Origin: Eledone cirrhosa
Lineage: Eukaryota
Direction of reading: 5' to 3'
Length of the DNA stretch: 64,000 nt
Assembly (NCBI GenBank): GCA_964016885.1
Contig: OZ024747.1
Span: 60,450,001-60,514,000, forward strand
The notes beneath the pieces were generated by a model. The model saw only the letters and a list, made by a program, of their open reading frames with translations. It ran no database searches and was not told the origin of the DNA. A program made the position numbers and the translations under genes. Shown one piece after another: positions 36,498 to 50,669 of the stretch. Position 1 is the first letter of the stretch. Each line of letters begins with the position of its first letter.

Positions 36498-39400
36498 TTT
36501 AACTATATAAACCCACATGAATTGCCAATGTATTACATTTGGAATAAAGTTTAATCTTTTCGATATCATATTTCTAATGCCTGTGATGTACATTTTACTA
36601 CCTATGATTTTCAAATAATTTTGAAAAATAATCAGTAATTTGAAGGATATAACTAATTTTCTCATAGTCCACTGAGGCATGGGGTAACCAGAACGTGGGC
36701 TCCCATTTTCTCGTAATAGTGAGAGATGGGAGAGCGTGAAATGGAAGCAGTGGCTATACCAGCATTGCTGAAGTATTTTGTAGAGTTAAAGTTAAGTGAT
36801 AACATAAAGGTAAAGTGTTAACAAATGTTTGTACATAAGATTATGATGGAAGGTTTTTAGATAAATATAAACAACTAGTAAAAGAATAAAATAATATATT
36901 ATTTATGGTTGATTAGATCAATCTAATTTTAGTTAATAGCGTTCTAAGGAAAAAGAGAAAATAAAGAGTTTAACAACATTCTCTTTCTTGACATATTGTT
37001 AAATTTTGGGAGAGTCATTCTCTCCTAATATTGCCAAAAGTAGTAAAACAAACTTTGGTTTGGATTTTGCTACAGTATATTTTCTTATATTTTTATAAAT
37101 AATTTAGCTGGCAATGTTTATCATTAATTTACAAGGAATTAAATATATAAATATAATTTCTCAAAATTCTTTCATCACACATTTCTGTGACATCTTCAGT
37201 GATTATGGCTGTTTCCTCCCATTCTTTATCTAAAACGTTATTTCTTGACATATTTCTGAATAATAAGAATGGTGTTTCTCATAAAATCCCTGATATTATA
37301 GAGAAATATTAAGACTTGTGTGTATATATATATATATGTACGTTTGTATATTTATACGTTTATGTGTGTGTGTATTTGTGTGTATGTGTATACAGTCATG
37401 TGTGTAGATGTTGTGAGCATGCATGTGTGTGTATGTGTGCAGTTATGTATGTTTAGTTGTTTGCACATATAGTTGTATGTATGTGTAGTTTTGTAGTTGG
37501 GTGTATCTATATGTAGTTGTATGTGTGTTTGTGCAGTTCTATGTATATGTGTGTGCAGTTATGTGTGTGAGTATGTGATTTTGCATATGTGCATGTATTT
37601 ATGTGAATGCATGTGTATAGTTATGTGCATGTATGTATGTGACTGTGTGTGAATTTATCTACATGTATGTATGTATTGTGTGTATGTATGTAAGTGTGTG
37701 TATGTATGTGAATGTGTGTCTGGTGGAAATACCAAACATGTATCAAAATGGCAAATTAAAAATAGAAAACAGATTAATTTTGTATAGATATTGTTTTTTC
37801 TCCAGATTACAATTTTGGTTGTATATTTTGCAGTAAAAGAGGATATTAATTATAAAAGATATTCAGAAATAATGACCCTCATTCATCTTTGTGTCCATTT
37901 CAACTGTTTCATTCCCTGTACTTCTTAACTATATATATAATTTACAAGCTTAACCACTCTATGAGATAAATAGGTTATTGTTATTGTATTTGAAGATCAG
38001 TGAGTCATAAAGGGAGATTATTTAACCCTTTTCCAACCAAACTACCTGAAACTGCTGTGGGTATTTGATACAAAACTGCTGTAGAAACCAAGCCCAAATC
38101 AGTTCTGTATGAGCAAGACATGGTCACTTGACCTGGCATTGCTTGCAACAGGATAATTTGTCTAACCCATGCCAGCATGGAAACATGGACGTTAAACAAT
38201 GATGAGGATGTCTGTGCATTACTGGATGTTTGCGCATTACTGGTACTTTATTTTATCAACTCTGTAAAGATGGAAGGCAAAACTAACCATAGCGAGATTT
38301 GAACTCAAAATATAAAGGGCTATAACTATATGGTTCAATGAATGTTGTCCAGCACTCTACTGATATTACGACTTTAATAGGTGAACTAGTTGGGTTTTTT
38401 GTTTTTCATGGCATCAGTACTAACACTTTACAGGGAATATTGGGGGGGGGGGCTTTTTTCACATCACCAGCACTACCAGCTTATAATGTAAACTCTATAG
38501 TATATAATTTAATATGTAAACATTCTATTGCAATCTCCAATATTTCACTATCAATGATTATGTTGTTAGTAATTATTGATTATTTTAAAGGTTGTAAGCA
38601 TTGATTGCTTTCTTTGTTTTATCTATATGTTTATATATTTCGTTTTTGTTGACTATCTAACGTGTGACTTTTAATGACAAATGTTAACTGAATCACAAAA
38701 AAGACTGGAAATAAAACGAAAATTAACATTTCTTTCGTAAACATTGTTATTGTTGTTTAACTCTGCCTGTTCAAACCTACTGGCTTAGGAGCAGCTTACA
38801 GTTGCTACATCCTACATAAAAGCAATTTAATTAATGATGTGAAAGGGAATTCAAGACATTTCTCCATTCTCTGCTTCAAGTCTATGGGCTTAAAATTGAA
38901 ACATTACATTCTCCTCACTTTCCTCAACAAAACAAAAAGAAATTCTAATCTTTTTTCTTTTACTTTTCTTTGGCACATTCATTTCTTCTAAGACTACCTT
39001 CTCTCTAAACACACAGCAGTAATGTTTGATTCCTTTGTATTTATTATTATCATTATTATTATTATTAATGCAGTAGTAGTAGTATCTTTTTTCTGTAGGA
39101 ACCTTTGTTATTGTAAATATATTTTCTTTATTTGCATAAATTATCATATGATTAACAATTTACCGAAAAAAAAATAGCAATCAAAGAAGTAAAAAAGAAA
39201 GGGGTGGGAGAAAACATGCACACTCAATTACACACCAGAATTAAGGGTGCTGAAGTTTCCCCTTTGCTTGTTATGTCAATATTCTGCAATTCCAAAAGTC
39301 CAGGAAAGGATGTTGTTCAGTGTAGCGGAGATATACATTCTGTTACAGGAAAAAACCATTATCATTATGATTATTATATTTACCGATCTTGTGGCATGTT

Positions 39401-39682
39401 TTATAAACAAGCTAAAACATCTCGGCAGTCATGATCTGTGTATAGATTATTGAAAATATATTCCTACATTCTGAAGAAATGTGGCTAGAGTGTGTTAGGG
39501 GTATGATGTAATTTGATGAGCTAACATCAACAACAACGACAACATCACAACTGCTATTTGTAGTTATCTATCATATCAATATAACTTGAAACCCTTTTCA
39601 TTAAGAAGAGGCAATGTAATATTTAGAAGGGCGCAAGAAAATATCCAGCCACTCCCTTTCCATTTGATGAAGTAGTAGTAAT

Positions 39683-39715
<33 letters not shown>

Positions 39716-39716
<1 letters not shown>

Positions 39717-40064
39717 GAGAATGGCTCGTGTGAATGGGCCTACTCTGACCATGCGCCTATAGGCTGGCTAACTTGAGGAGAGGGGTGCTCTCCCTGGGTG
39801 CCCTAGAAGCGCAGGGTGGTTCAGGATTGGTGGGGTACCTGAAGCACCCCAGGGTCGTACACCCCCTATCGAGGAATTTATTTTGTTATATTTATGCATA
39901 GTTTATTTTATATTTTTATATTTTCATTGTTAAATTAGTCTTGCCATTGTGCACTTTTACTCCACCTTATTGTAAACCCCCACTGTACCTGTCTTTGTAT
40001 TGTCCCCTACATGTCGGCCCTGGTGGCTAATAAATGAAATCATCATTATTATTATTATTATTAT

Positions 40065-40065
<1 letters not shown>
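39716..40065 (+). mobile_element. L1/Tx1 3'-end fragment, related subfamily
   Basis: agaatggctcgtgtgaatgggcctactctga matches 33370-33400; AATAAA then ATT tail. Confidence 0.8.
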
Positions 40066-40102
<37 letters not shown>

Positions 40103-40429
40103 ATTAAAAAGAAGAATTAAAAAAAAAAACCCAGAAATTTTATCTAATCCCCTAAATCAATTCCATTAGATGAAAGTTCTATGTCTGACCCTAAATTTGA
40201 TAATTTTGTTTGCTGGCAGCATGATTCTTCTATCCCTTAATATCTTTTGAACTTCTCTGAATTACTGCTCTTTCCTCTGTTAAGCAAACATAATAAGCAT
40301 CTCTCTTCCAGTCAGTAATCTGCATTCTTGAAGAATTCAATGGAATACACTCTATATTGGTCTGTCTTCTTCCTACTTACTGTTTGTATATATACATACA
40401 ATCACTCTCACAAACTGACTCTTTTTGTT

Positions 40430-40467
40430 TCTATCTATCTATCTATCTATCTCTCTATCTCCATCTC

Positions 40468-40563
<96 letters not shown>

Positions 40564-40749
40564 TCTCAGATTTACTCTCTTTGCGTCTCTCTATCTATCT
40601 CTCTATCTCCTTCTCCCTCTCTCACTCTCTCTATATATATATCTGTCTCTCAGATTTACTCTCTCTCTGTCTTTCTCTCTCTGTCCTATTTATTCTATCT
40701 CCTACTCTTTTCTCTGTTTGTCTCTCAGACATTCTCTGTCTATCTATAT

Positions 40750-40810
<61 letters not shown>

Positions 40811-42190
40811 TTCTCTCTCTCTCCCAGTCTTGTATATCTTGTTCACTTTCACTCTCTCTCTCCCATGCTCTCTCTCCCTCACTCTCTCCTGTGCTCCCCC
40901 TCTCGCTCTCCTGTGCTCCCCCTCTCTCTCTCATGCTGCCCCTCTCTCTCCCATGTTCCCTCTCTCTCCCATGCTCCCCGCTCTCTCTCCCATGCTCCCT
41001 CTCCCCCCCTCTCTCCCGTGTTGCCCCCTCCCTCTCCCATGCCCCCTCCCCCTCCCATGCCTCCCTCCCCTTTACTCTCTCCCTCCCTCACTCTCTCACA
41101 CTCACTCACTCAATCATATACCAAACTTATTTTTGTTTAATGATGTCTGTCAAATTGCTTAAGAAACTCCAACGAAACCAACCCTCCACTGTAACAGCCG
41201 CAAACACTGTAACTAATCAATCAATGTTATCAATTCAATATATAGACTTGGAATATATTGCTGCCTTGTCACCTTCTGCCACTCTCACTTTCATTCCACT
41301 CCTACTCCCACTCCTTTTGAAAAATCTTCAGCTAATCTGTTTGATTACTCGTTCGCTGATGCATCACTGTTTACATTCGACTCCATCAGCAATTCTTATC
41401 CAAAAGCTTCTCTGGCAAGCAAATTGCAAGAACAAGAAGAGTGAAGAATTCAAATAGTTTCAAGCATGTTTGCTACATCACAAAGGATCCTTCTTCAACA
41501 CTGGCAGAGATAACACCATAGATATATTATATGTACCATATACTTAGCTTTCACTTCCTTCTTACTGCCAACACTCACAGACACACACACATTCATTCAC
41601 ATTCACACTCACGCACACACACAGTCACAGACTCAGACACACACACACACAGACTCACAAACACACACACAGTCACACTCACAGACTCAGAGAGACACAC
41701 ACACACACACACAAACTCACAAACACACACACAGTCACACTCACAGACTCAGAGAGACACACATTCATTCACACACACACACACACACACACACTCACAT
41801 ACTCACAGACACACACATTCATTCACACACACACACAAACACACACACAGACAGACTCATAGACTGACAAACACATACACACACACTCACAGACACACAT
41901 ATACACACACATTCATTCACACTCACTGACAAACACACACACACACAGACTTACCCACACACTCACAGACTGACAAACACACACAGACTCACAAACGCAC
42001 ACACAGACTCACAAACACACACACAGACTCACAAACACACACACAGACTCACAAACACACACACAGACTCACAAACGCACACACAGACTCTCAAACGCAC
42101 ACACAGACTCACAAACGCACATACACACTCACAGACATACATTCACACACACACATTCACACTCACAGACGCACACATACACACACACAA
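40430..42190. repeat. (CT)n/(TA)n and (CA)n-derived low-complexity tracts
   Basis: Direct reading (40430-41110 and 41570-42190, with unique sequence between); SL/HT-rich ORFs are artefacts. Confidence 0.88.
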
Positions 42191-42659
42191 GGTCACCATT
42201 ATATAGTTTGACTAAACCTTTTGTTACTATATATCTAATGAAAGATAGTGAATTTCAAACATTTAATTTAACTATACAAACCTACATCTATTACTTTTGA
42301 AATAAAGTTTAACCCTTATCTTATTATATTTCTAATAGAAGGCATTGCCTATTATTTGGAAAACAATCAAGATCCTGAAAGGATTTAGTAATATAGCTAA
42401 CTTTGTCATTATCAAGCTGCTGTTTGGAACATAACTTCATAATGGTTCTTATATAGAATTATGATAGAAGGGTTTTAAATAAATATAAACATTTAATATT
42501 TCTTTTACCATGTTTCTAATGAATGGCATTGCCTATAATTATCAAGAATTTTAAGTGATTTATTATATAACTAACTTTTTCATTATTAAGCTGGTGTTTG
42601 GAACATGACTTAAATTTTCTTATAAAAATAACATGACGGAAGGTTTTTAGATAAATATG

Positions 42660-43183
42660 CCACAAAAATAAGGACTCAGCCCACACTGTAAAGTAGTAGT
42701 GCTGGTGACATAATAAACTGCACCTGGCCTACACTGCAGTGCACCATAAAGTTGTAGTGCTGGTGACTCAATAAAATACACCTAGCCTACAATGCAATGC
42801 ACTGTAAAGTTGTAGTGCTGGTGACTCAATAAAATACAAATACACCTGGCCTACAATGCAATGCACTGTAAAGTTGTAGTGCTGGTGACTCAATAAAATA
42901 CACCTAGCCTACAATGCAATGCACTGTAAAGTTGTAGTGTTGGTGACTCAATAAAATACAAATACACCTGGCCTACAATGCAGTGCACTGTAAAGTTGTA
43001 GTGCTGATGTCACAATGAAAAGCGCCTATATGCCATGAAATGATTGACATTAGGGAGGGCAACCTGCTGTAGAAACCATGTCATAATGGAATGTATGAGC
43101 AAGACAGTCATTTGAACTGTTTAGCCTCAGCATGTAACAACCCATCTAACCCATTCATGCATGGAATTAGACTTAAAATGGTT

Positions 43184-43212
<29 letters not shown>
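42660..43212 (+). mobile_element. RTE-type 3'UTR with about 6 tandem 57-63-bp repeats
   Basis: Units gcactgtaaagttgtagtgctggtgactcaataaaatacacctagcctacaatgcaat, then agggcaacctgctgtagaaacc...ctaacccat...(TGA)n as in RTE-A tails. Confidence 0.78.
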
Positions 43213-43215
<3 letters not shown>

Positions 43216-43299
43216 AAACACTTTAACTCTTTTGATGTCAGTCTGCTTGCAATCATGGCTGCTTCTTCAATACCAAAATAGTGAAAGCATAAGTAATAA

Positions 43300-43640
43300 A
43301 AGAGTCACTTGCTGGGAAGAAAAACTTAACTATCTCCCATCTGTAACAACAATGGTGCTAAAGGGAAGCGAGGCACTTCTGCCTGGAGAAGATACAAGCT
43401 ATGCAGTGTGGAAATGACTCAACAGACTAAGATCTGGTGTTGGATGTGCAAATGTCAATCTTGCAAAATGGTGATATTTAAAGGATATGCCCCCTGCTGG
43501 AACACCCCTACACAGCAATGGACTTGGCAGAGTTTAATGAGAAAGGACAACAATGTGTTCAGATCTGGTGGAACCACATTTAGCCAAGCTTTGTAACTGA
43601 CACTCTTGTGGACATGACAAGAAGAATACAAAAATTGTCT
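43300..43640 (+). pseudogene. Ingi/Vingi-like LINE C-terminal remnant
   Basis: Reads LPGEDTSYAVWK*LNRLRSGVGCANVNLAKW*Y (W..LNRLR.G.G...L.KW motif). Confidence 0.55.
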
Positions 43641-44849
43641 GTTTTGAAGTGAAGTGTTAATCTTTATCTAAAAGCGTTCTATCATAATTTATGTAGGAAC
43701 CTTTATGTTCCAAACACCAGCTTAAAAATGAGAAAGTTAATTATATTACTAAATTCCTCCAAATTCTTGATTATTTTCAAAATTATTTGAAAATAATCAA
43801 TAGCCTTTCACTAGAAAGGGTTAAAAGAAACAGCTTTGTACCATAGAACTAAGAGTAGCTCCAAGTACCTTGGTAACAAAAGAGCCAAGTCTTTCCTTGG
43901 CTACTATTGTTAAATTAATTTAGTAACCTCCACCTCTGCTATTTATAAAATAAACTCATTTATTTTATTTTGTTTCCTGGTTTTGCATTCTCTTTGAAAA
44001 ATGGTAGGTCTTAATTTATTTAATGATTATATGTTCACTGTCAGAAATATTTAAAATTTTCCATTGTCTCAATGAAAATGTTCTTTAATTGTATGCTCTA
44101 ATTAAAACTGATTACGGATGGCGATTGGCGTTATATTCTGACAGTTTTCTGTGAAAATAACATGCAGAACTGATTGAGCCATAAATGTTTCATGTTTCTT
44201 CTCCATTTCCTTATCATCATCATCATCACCATCAACATTATCAACATTAGCATCATTATCATTAGCATTATCATCACTACTCTCATCCCCATCACCACCA
44301 ACGCTATCATCTCCATCACCAACACCACTATCCCCTCCACCATCACCTACACTTACCATCACTAACACCCCCCACTACCAACACCATCACCAACACCATC
44401 ACCTACACTTCCCATTACCCTTTCCCCCACCTTAGCCATCATACAGACCATCATTATATTTTGAAATTAATTAGACTCTAAATATATTTTTCAGAATATC
44501 CCATCAGACAGACTGGAAATTTCTTGACATAATAATAATGTTTATTTAGGTCATCACCACCATCACCACAACCACCATCGTTACCATCACCATCGTTACC
44601 ATCACCATTGTCACCATCACCATTGTCACCACCATCATCATCACCACAATCATCACCACAACCATCACCTCAACGCCATCACTACCCCTATCGTCATCAC
44701 CACCATAACCAAAATCATCATCACCCCACCACCAGCACTACTGCCATCATCATCACCATCACCATCATCATGTCATGGCCAAAGTAATTTAAATAGGTAC
44801 TCTTTAACATTGGTTGGTTTGTTTCATAAAGCCAGTGCCAGTTTTGGTT

Positions 44850-45378
44850 GAGTTGGTATCAAGAGCTGGTATCAAGAGCTGGTATCAAGAGCTGGTATCA
44901 AGAGTTGGTATCAAGAGCTGGTATCAAGAGTTGGTATCAAGAGTTGGTATCAAGAGTTGGTATCAAGAGTTGGTATCAAGAGTTGGTATCAAGAGCTGGT
45001 ATCAAGAGTTGGTATCAAGAGCTGGTGTCAAGAGTTGGTATCAAGAGTTGGTATCAAGAGTTGGTATCAAGAGTTGGTATCAAGAGTTGGTGTCAAGAGT
45101 TGGTATCAAGAGTTGGTATCAAGAGTTGGTATCAAGAGTTGGTATCAAGAGTTGGTATCAAGAGTTGGTATCAAGAGTTGGTATCAAGAGTTGGTATCAA
45201 GAGTTGGTATCAAGAGTTGGTATCAAGAGTTGCTGTCAAGAGGTGGGATTAAGAGTTGCTGTCAAGAGTTGCTGTCAAGAGTTGGTATCAAGAGGTGGGA
45301 CCAAAAGAGTTGGTATCAAGAGAGTCGGTATCATGAGCTGATATCAAGAGTTGGGATCAAGAAAGTCTGTATCAAGAT
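44850..45378. repeat. 13-bp minisatellite (gagttggtatcaa)n, about 40 units
   Basis: Direct reading; explains the SWYQELVSRVGIK ORFs in all three frames. Confidence 0.96.
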
Positions 45379-45982
45379 GGTAGTCTGAATATTGGCAATA
45401 TATTGTAATTTTAACAGTATCAGAATTACACAGCCTACAACCCCTTCTGTAAAAAGTGGGGGGAGAGTTCCTATCAAAAAAGCAATCATTAGATTGACTC
45501 TGTTAGGATCCATTGATATGTAAATAACTTCATCACTGACATCAAAGTTCTGGATTAATCTGTGTGTGTACATGTGTGTGTATGTCTGTGTTTGTATGCC
45601 TGTGTGTATGTGTACATGTGTGTGTGTGTGTCTGTGTTTGTATGCCTGTGTGTATGTGTACATGTGTGTGTGTATGTGTTTGTATGCCTGTGTGTATGTG
45701 TACATGTCTGTGTGTGTATGTCTGTGTTTGTATGCCTGTGTGTATGTGTACATGTGTGTGTGTGTATGTCTGTGTGAATGTATGTATGCGTGTATATATG
45801 TGTGTGTGTGTATGTGTGTTGACTTACATCTGAATTAGAAATTTGTTAATAAATAAATTAATACTACAAATACATACACATAAACTCATACACTTTTATA
45901 CATACACATGCATGCACTCATATATATATATATTTATATACACACACACACATATACACAAATACATACATATTTATATATG

Positions 45983-46061
<79 letters not shown>

Positions 46062-46192
46062 CATCTCCTTCCTTGTTTTTGTTTTTCTGTTACTTTGTTC
46101 ATTACACACACACATACACACATATTATCTCCACAGCATGACAAAGCAGCAGATATTTCTGTTGCTCTTCAACTAAAAATATTCAAAACAAC

Positions 46193-46227
<35 letters not shown>

Positions 46228-46739
46228 AAGACAAAAACTCGAAAATCCCAATAAAATGTAGCAAGAATTGATCACTATTCTAACAACTATTTCCCCCGTC
46301 TTTTCTTTTATTTTCAAGATTGCCCTCTAACAATACTTAATCTAGGTAAGAAGCAACTTTGATTGCCCTCTAACAATACTTAATTCAGATAACAAGCAAC
46401 TTTCTCCACCAAACATTCTCACAATGTCTTTTCAAATGTAATTGTATGACTATTCCAAGGGAGGTGAGGGTGGAGTGGGATGCTTAATCCCTCCTTGCTC
46501 TCCCCCTCTATCGCTTCCCCTTTATCTATCACTATCCTATTTTCTATCTCTCCTTTTATATATAACTGTGTACAATTGCCTCCTGTGTTTTGTTTGTCCA
46601 TTTTCCACTATATATATGTGTGTGTATCATCATCATCATCGTTTAACATACACCTTCCACGCTAGCATGGGTTGGACAGGCTGTGACTCCAGTACTGCCA
46701 CCTGACAGGATGGGCTAGATGATTTTATATTATATATAT

Positions 46740-47036
46740 CATCATCATCATTTTACGTCCGCTTTTCCCTGCTTGCAAGGGTGGGACAGGAACTGATTCT
46801 GGCTTGATTTCTACAGCTGGATGCCCTTCCTAACACCAACCTCATTTACAGTGAGTGCTGGGTGCTTTTTTTTTTATAGTGGAATGATAGGGACCCCAGT
46901 CCCTATCATCTCATTTCTACAGCTGAGTAAACTGGAGCAATGTGAAATAAAGTGTCTTGCTCAAGGAACAACACATCACCCGGTCTGAGAATTGAACTCA
47001 CAACCTTTCGATTGCAAGGCCAATGCTCTAACCACT
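46740..47036 (-). mobile_element. SINE family 1 copy
   Basis: Reverse complement of 28263-28610 with an internal deletion; 5' end lost in (TA)n. Confidence 0.9.
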
Positions 47037-47408
47037 ATATATATATATATATAGGTATTTGAGGTGCAAATGAATTGCATCCGCAAGTTGTATGCCTAGA
47101 TAAGCACTCAATGCTCTTGGGGAGCAGAGTATCAATAATGATATTAAAGGGGAACAAAGAATCAGTATTGTATAATATACATATTTAATTACATATTACA
47201 TATGTTTCACTGCCGATCAGCTCCAGGAACGATCAATTAATGTTCGATCCTGACATCTAGACGCATGTCCAATATATATAAATATATAAATGGTTGTGTC
47301 CCACCATAGTATATATATATATATATTACGCAATGTCTAGCATTCTCCACCCCCTCTCCTCCACACTACACACACTACTTACCATTGTAGTGATATATGC
47401 CTTGGTAG

Positions 47409-47440
<32 letters not shown>

Positions 47441-47446
<6 letters not shown>

Positions 47447-47641
47447 AGAATCAGGACCCCGAGGGCTGAGCTCCGGCTGTTTCGACAGCTACATCTGGAC
47501 ATTCAGATCTAGCTGTCGAAATGGCCAAGAGCTCAGCCTTCGGGGTCCTGAATCTTTTCATATTACCCACTCTACTACACCAAGTATCGAGTACTCTGGT
47601 GGTTATGGTGGTGCAGCTGGTATTTTACCACACCCTATCTG
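47441..47641 (+). mobile_element. Fold-back element H2, copy B (diverged)
   Basis: Arms 47441-47499 and 47502-47561; tail tacccactctactacaccaagtatcgagtactctggtg. Confidence 0.85.
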
Positions 47642-48509
47642 ATGTGTGTTTCTTAGAATTGGTTTACTTCTGTTCCATAAAAGGTTGCAAATTGGTAGAG
47701 TCATTAGAATTTCAGTGAGAATGATTTATGGCATTTCTTCTCGCTGTATCTGCTTGGAGTTCAAATCCCATTGCGGTCACTTTTGCCTTTCAAGATTTTG
47801 AGGTTGATAAAAAAAATGTACCTGTCCAGTACTGGGGTCATTTCTTCCTCAATTTCTCTTTTTCATTTTCTCTCTATCCCTCTCTATCTCCTTATATGGA
47901 AGAAATCAGGTGTGTTTATTCCTGGAAATAAATGGATTCTACCAGGTTTAAAATGCCTGAGACATGTGGTATGTCACAATGGAGTCCCTGTGACTCTATT
48001 TCTTGTTATGGATCCATACATATACACTTTCATATTCCATCAAAGTAATTCAATGGTTTTACAATTTTCCCAATATAATCTATATTCCAGCACTTCTGAT
48101 AATGATAAATTTATCAAAAAAAGAAAAAAAGTATTTGTTATTATTTTTTTTCCTTTCCAATCATTGTCTGATGCTTATAAACTCTCACCTATTATTACTA
48201 TTATTATTATTAGTAGTAGTAGTAGTAGGATAGTAGTAGTAGTGGCGGTGGTAGTAGCAGTATCATTTATTATTTCCATATTTTCAAGTGAGTTTCTACT
48301 GTATCACATGGTGCACCTCAATGCTCCTGAGGCATGTACTTATCTATTATTATCCCACCGAGGGTAGCTTTGCCATTCATCCTTACAGGGTCGATAAAAT
48401 AAAGTACCAGTAATGCACTGGGTTGATTTAATCGACTTTCCCTTTCCACCAAATTGCTGGCCTTGTGCCTAATTTAGAAACCATTATTATTATTATTATC
48501 ATTATTATC

Positions 48510-49080
48510 GCAGCTGGCAGCTGACTCAGAGCATTCCTAGTTATGTGAGCCAAGCTTTGGTGACAGTGCTAAGAAAGAGCCCAAACAAGGGAGGGGTGCA
48601 TGATAGAGAACTTCAGGCCTGTAACTCTTCAAAACATACATCTGAAGATTTTGACAAATGTGCTCACCAAGAGGTTGTTGCTTGCCATTAGTAGTTGAGT
48701 CAGAGATAGGTCTATCTATGACAGTTTCCCCTTCGTGAAAGACACCGTAGAAGTAGACCTAGATTTAGGAAGGTACTGATCACTCTAGATCAGGCCAAAG
48801 CTTTTGACAAGTTTGACCAACTCCATCTTGAAGCTGTCCTAAGACCAGCTAGTTTCAGCTTTAGTTTCAGGAGCTGGATTTCTACCTTCTACAGTCTAAC
48901 TAAATGGACACTTAATGAAACTTTTCAATATCAAATTCATAGTCCATCAACAATGTCTTCTCTCCCCTGTCTTTTATGTGTTGGCCTTGGAGTCTTTGCT
49001 GCAGAGAATGGAAATCTTACTCTTGAACTGGTTTGCACAAAAGCTGGGTCTGTGTACACAAATGGCATTACCATCAGGGA
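48510..49080 (+). pseudogene. L1/Tx1 reverse transcriptase remnant
   Basis: IENFRPVTLQNIHLKILTNVLTKRL, LDQAKAFDK, VHQQCLLSPVFYVLALESL; frameshifted and deleted. Confidence 0.82.
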
Positions 49081-49177
49081 CTCAGATACTTGATATATAT
49101 ATATATATATATATAAGTTAACAAGATAAAAATGGCGTGAACATTACAATACAACACAATAGGAGGAAACATGATAA

Positions 49178-49230
49178 TAGTACCACTGATGATGTTGCAG
49201 ATGTGCAACGAAAGAACTTTGTTAGACTAT
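49178..49230 (+). ncRNA. Degenerate hammerhead-like motif between (TA)n tracts
   Basis: CTGATGA-T-GTTGCA-GATG-TGCAAC-GAAA with a perfect 6-bp stem II; stems I and III imperfect. Confidence 0.5.
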
Positions 49231-49804
49231 ATATATATATATTTATATCTGTATTTTTAACCATTGGTCAGTCAATGATAAACATTGATTGCCAAATAAA
49301 TTAACTATGGAGATATAAAAGATACAGAAGCGAAAACCAACCAAACAGTGAGTGTGTTCTGTTATTATTTCTGGCAATATTATTTCAACAATATGACCCT
49401 CCCCAAGTATAACAATATATATATATATATATTTATATATATCATACCATCATTTTACGTCCGCTTTTCCCTGCTTGCAAGGGTGAGACGGGTCTTATTC
49501 AGCACAGCAACTCTCTACTTGTCACAGTCCTTCGTCATCTCCTCCGTGAGCTTATATATGTAATGCACTGGGGTCGATTTAGTCAACTTTCCACTCCCCA
49601 AAAATGTTTGGCCTTGTGCCTAAATCAGAACAGCCCTTTACATTCTGAGTTCAAATCACACCAAGGTTAAAGTTGTCTTTCATCCTTACGGAGTCAATAA
49701 AATAAAGTACCAGTAATGCAGTGGGATCGCTTTAATGACTTTCCCTTCCTTAAAAATTGTTGTCCTTGTACCTAAACTAAAACCCATTATTATTATTATC
49801 ATTC

Positions 49805-50385
49805 GCCCTGGTGGTCAGGGTAACCGTGGTCTTTTGTGTGGTTTTCGCCACGAGTAACCCTCGGAGGTTTCCCCCTATTGGGGAATTTTTAATCAGTTCA
49901 ATTTTCATTTTTATTTTCATATATAAATAATAAAAATCTTTACACGCACAAAACCCACATCGTACCGTCCTGTACCGCCTGTAATGTTTTTCTTGATGTC
50001 AGCCCTTGTGGCCAATAAAGAAATCATTATTATTATCATTATCATTGAAAGATGGGTGAGAGAAGCAAGTATGGCCCGAGTGAATGGGCCTACTCTGAGT
50101 ATGTGTCTGTAAATTAAAGGTGGAAAACTGGGAGAGGGCACTTGCCCTGGTGGTCAGGGTCACTGTGGCCTTTTAATGGGCTTTCTCCACAAATGTCCCT
50201 CGGAAGTCTCCCCACTATTGGGGAATTTTTCATTGTTATTTTGTTGTTACATCCTCTGTTTTTGTTTTTTTTACACGCAGAAATGCCCCTTTGTACCGTC
50301 CTGTATTGTCCTGTACTGTCCTTAATGTCTACTTTATGTAAACCCTTGTGGTTAATAAAGAAAGCATTGTTATTGTTATTACTAC

Positions 50386-50417
<32 letters not shown>
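49805..50417 (+). mobile_element. Two stacked L1/Tx1 3' ends
   Basis: 49805-50045 and 50047-50417; the second is nearly identical to 33347-33670. Confidence 0.88.
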
Positions 50418-50419
<2 letters not shown>

Positions 50420-50669
50420 TTTTCACAATTTCTAAATTAATGTCTTGTGTATGTTTTACAATTAGTTTTTTTTGTAGTTTTAAAGGTTTTTTTTTTTTTT
50501 TCTCTTCTTCACTCCAACATACATTTGAAAATTCCTTTTCAATTTCAACCAAGTAGATGAAAGTAGGGGTGGGGGGTGAAAAAATACTGCTGTGTTTTTA
50601 TCATGTTTATTTTAATCAAACATCAATTTGTTTGTTTATTTTGTTTAATTTACTTTCTGCTCTGTTTTC

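Noticed and set aside
39230-39360. Minus-strand exon after ttttttcctgtaacAG
   Set aside because: Short frames, no convincing donor and no recognisable peptide.
40328-41457. Long ORFs of 245-366 aa
   Set aside because: Mostly (CT)n/(TA)n translation; the unique 3' part matches nothing I recognise.
44814-45388. SWYQELVSRVGIK repeat protein
   Set aside because: A 13-bp unit gives the same peptide in all three frames.
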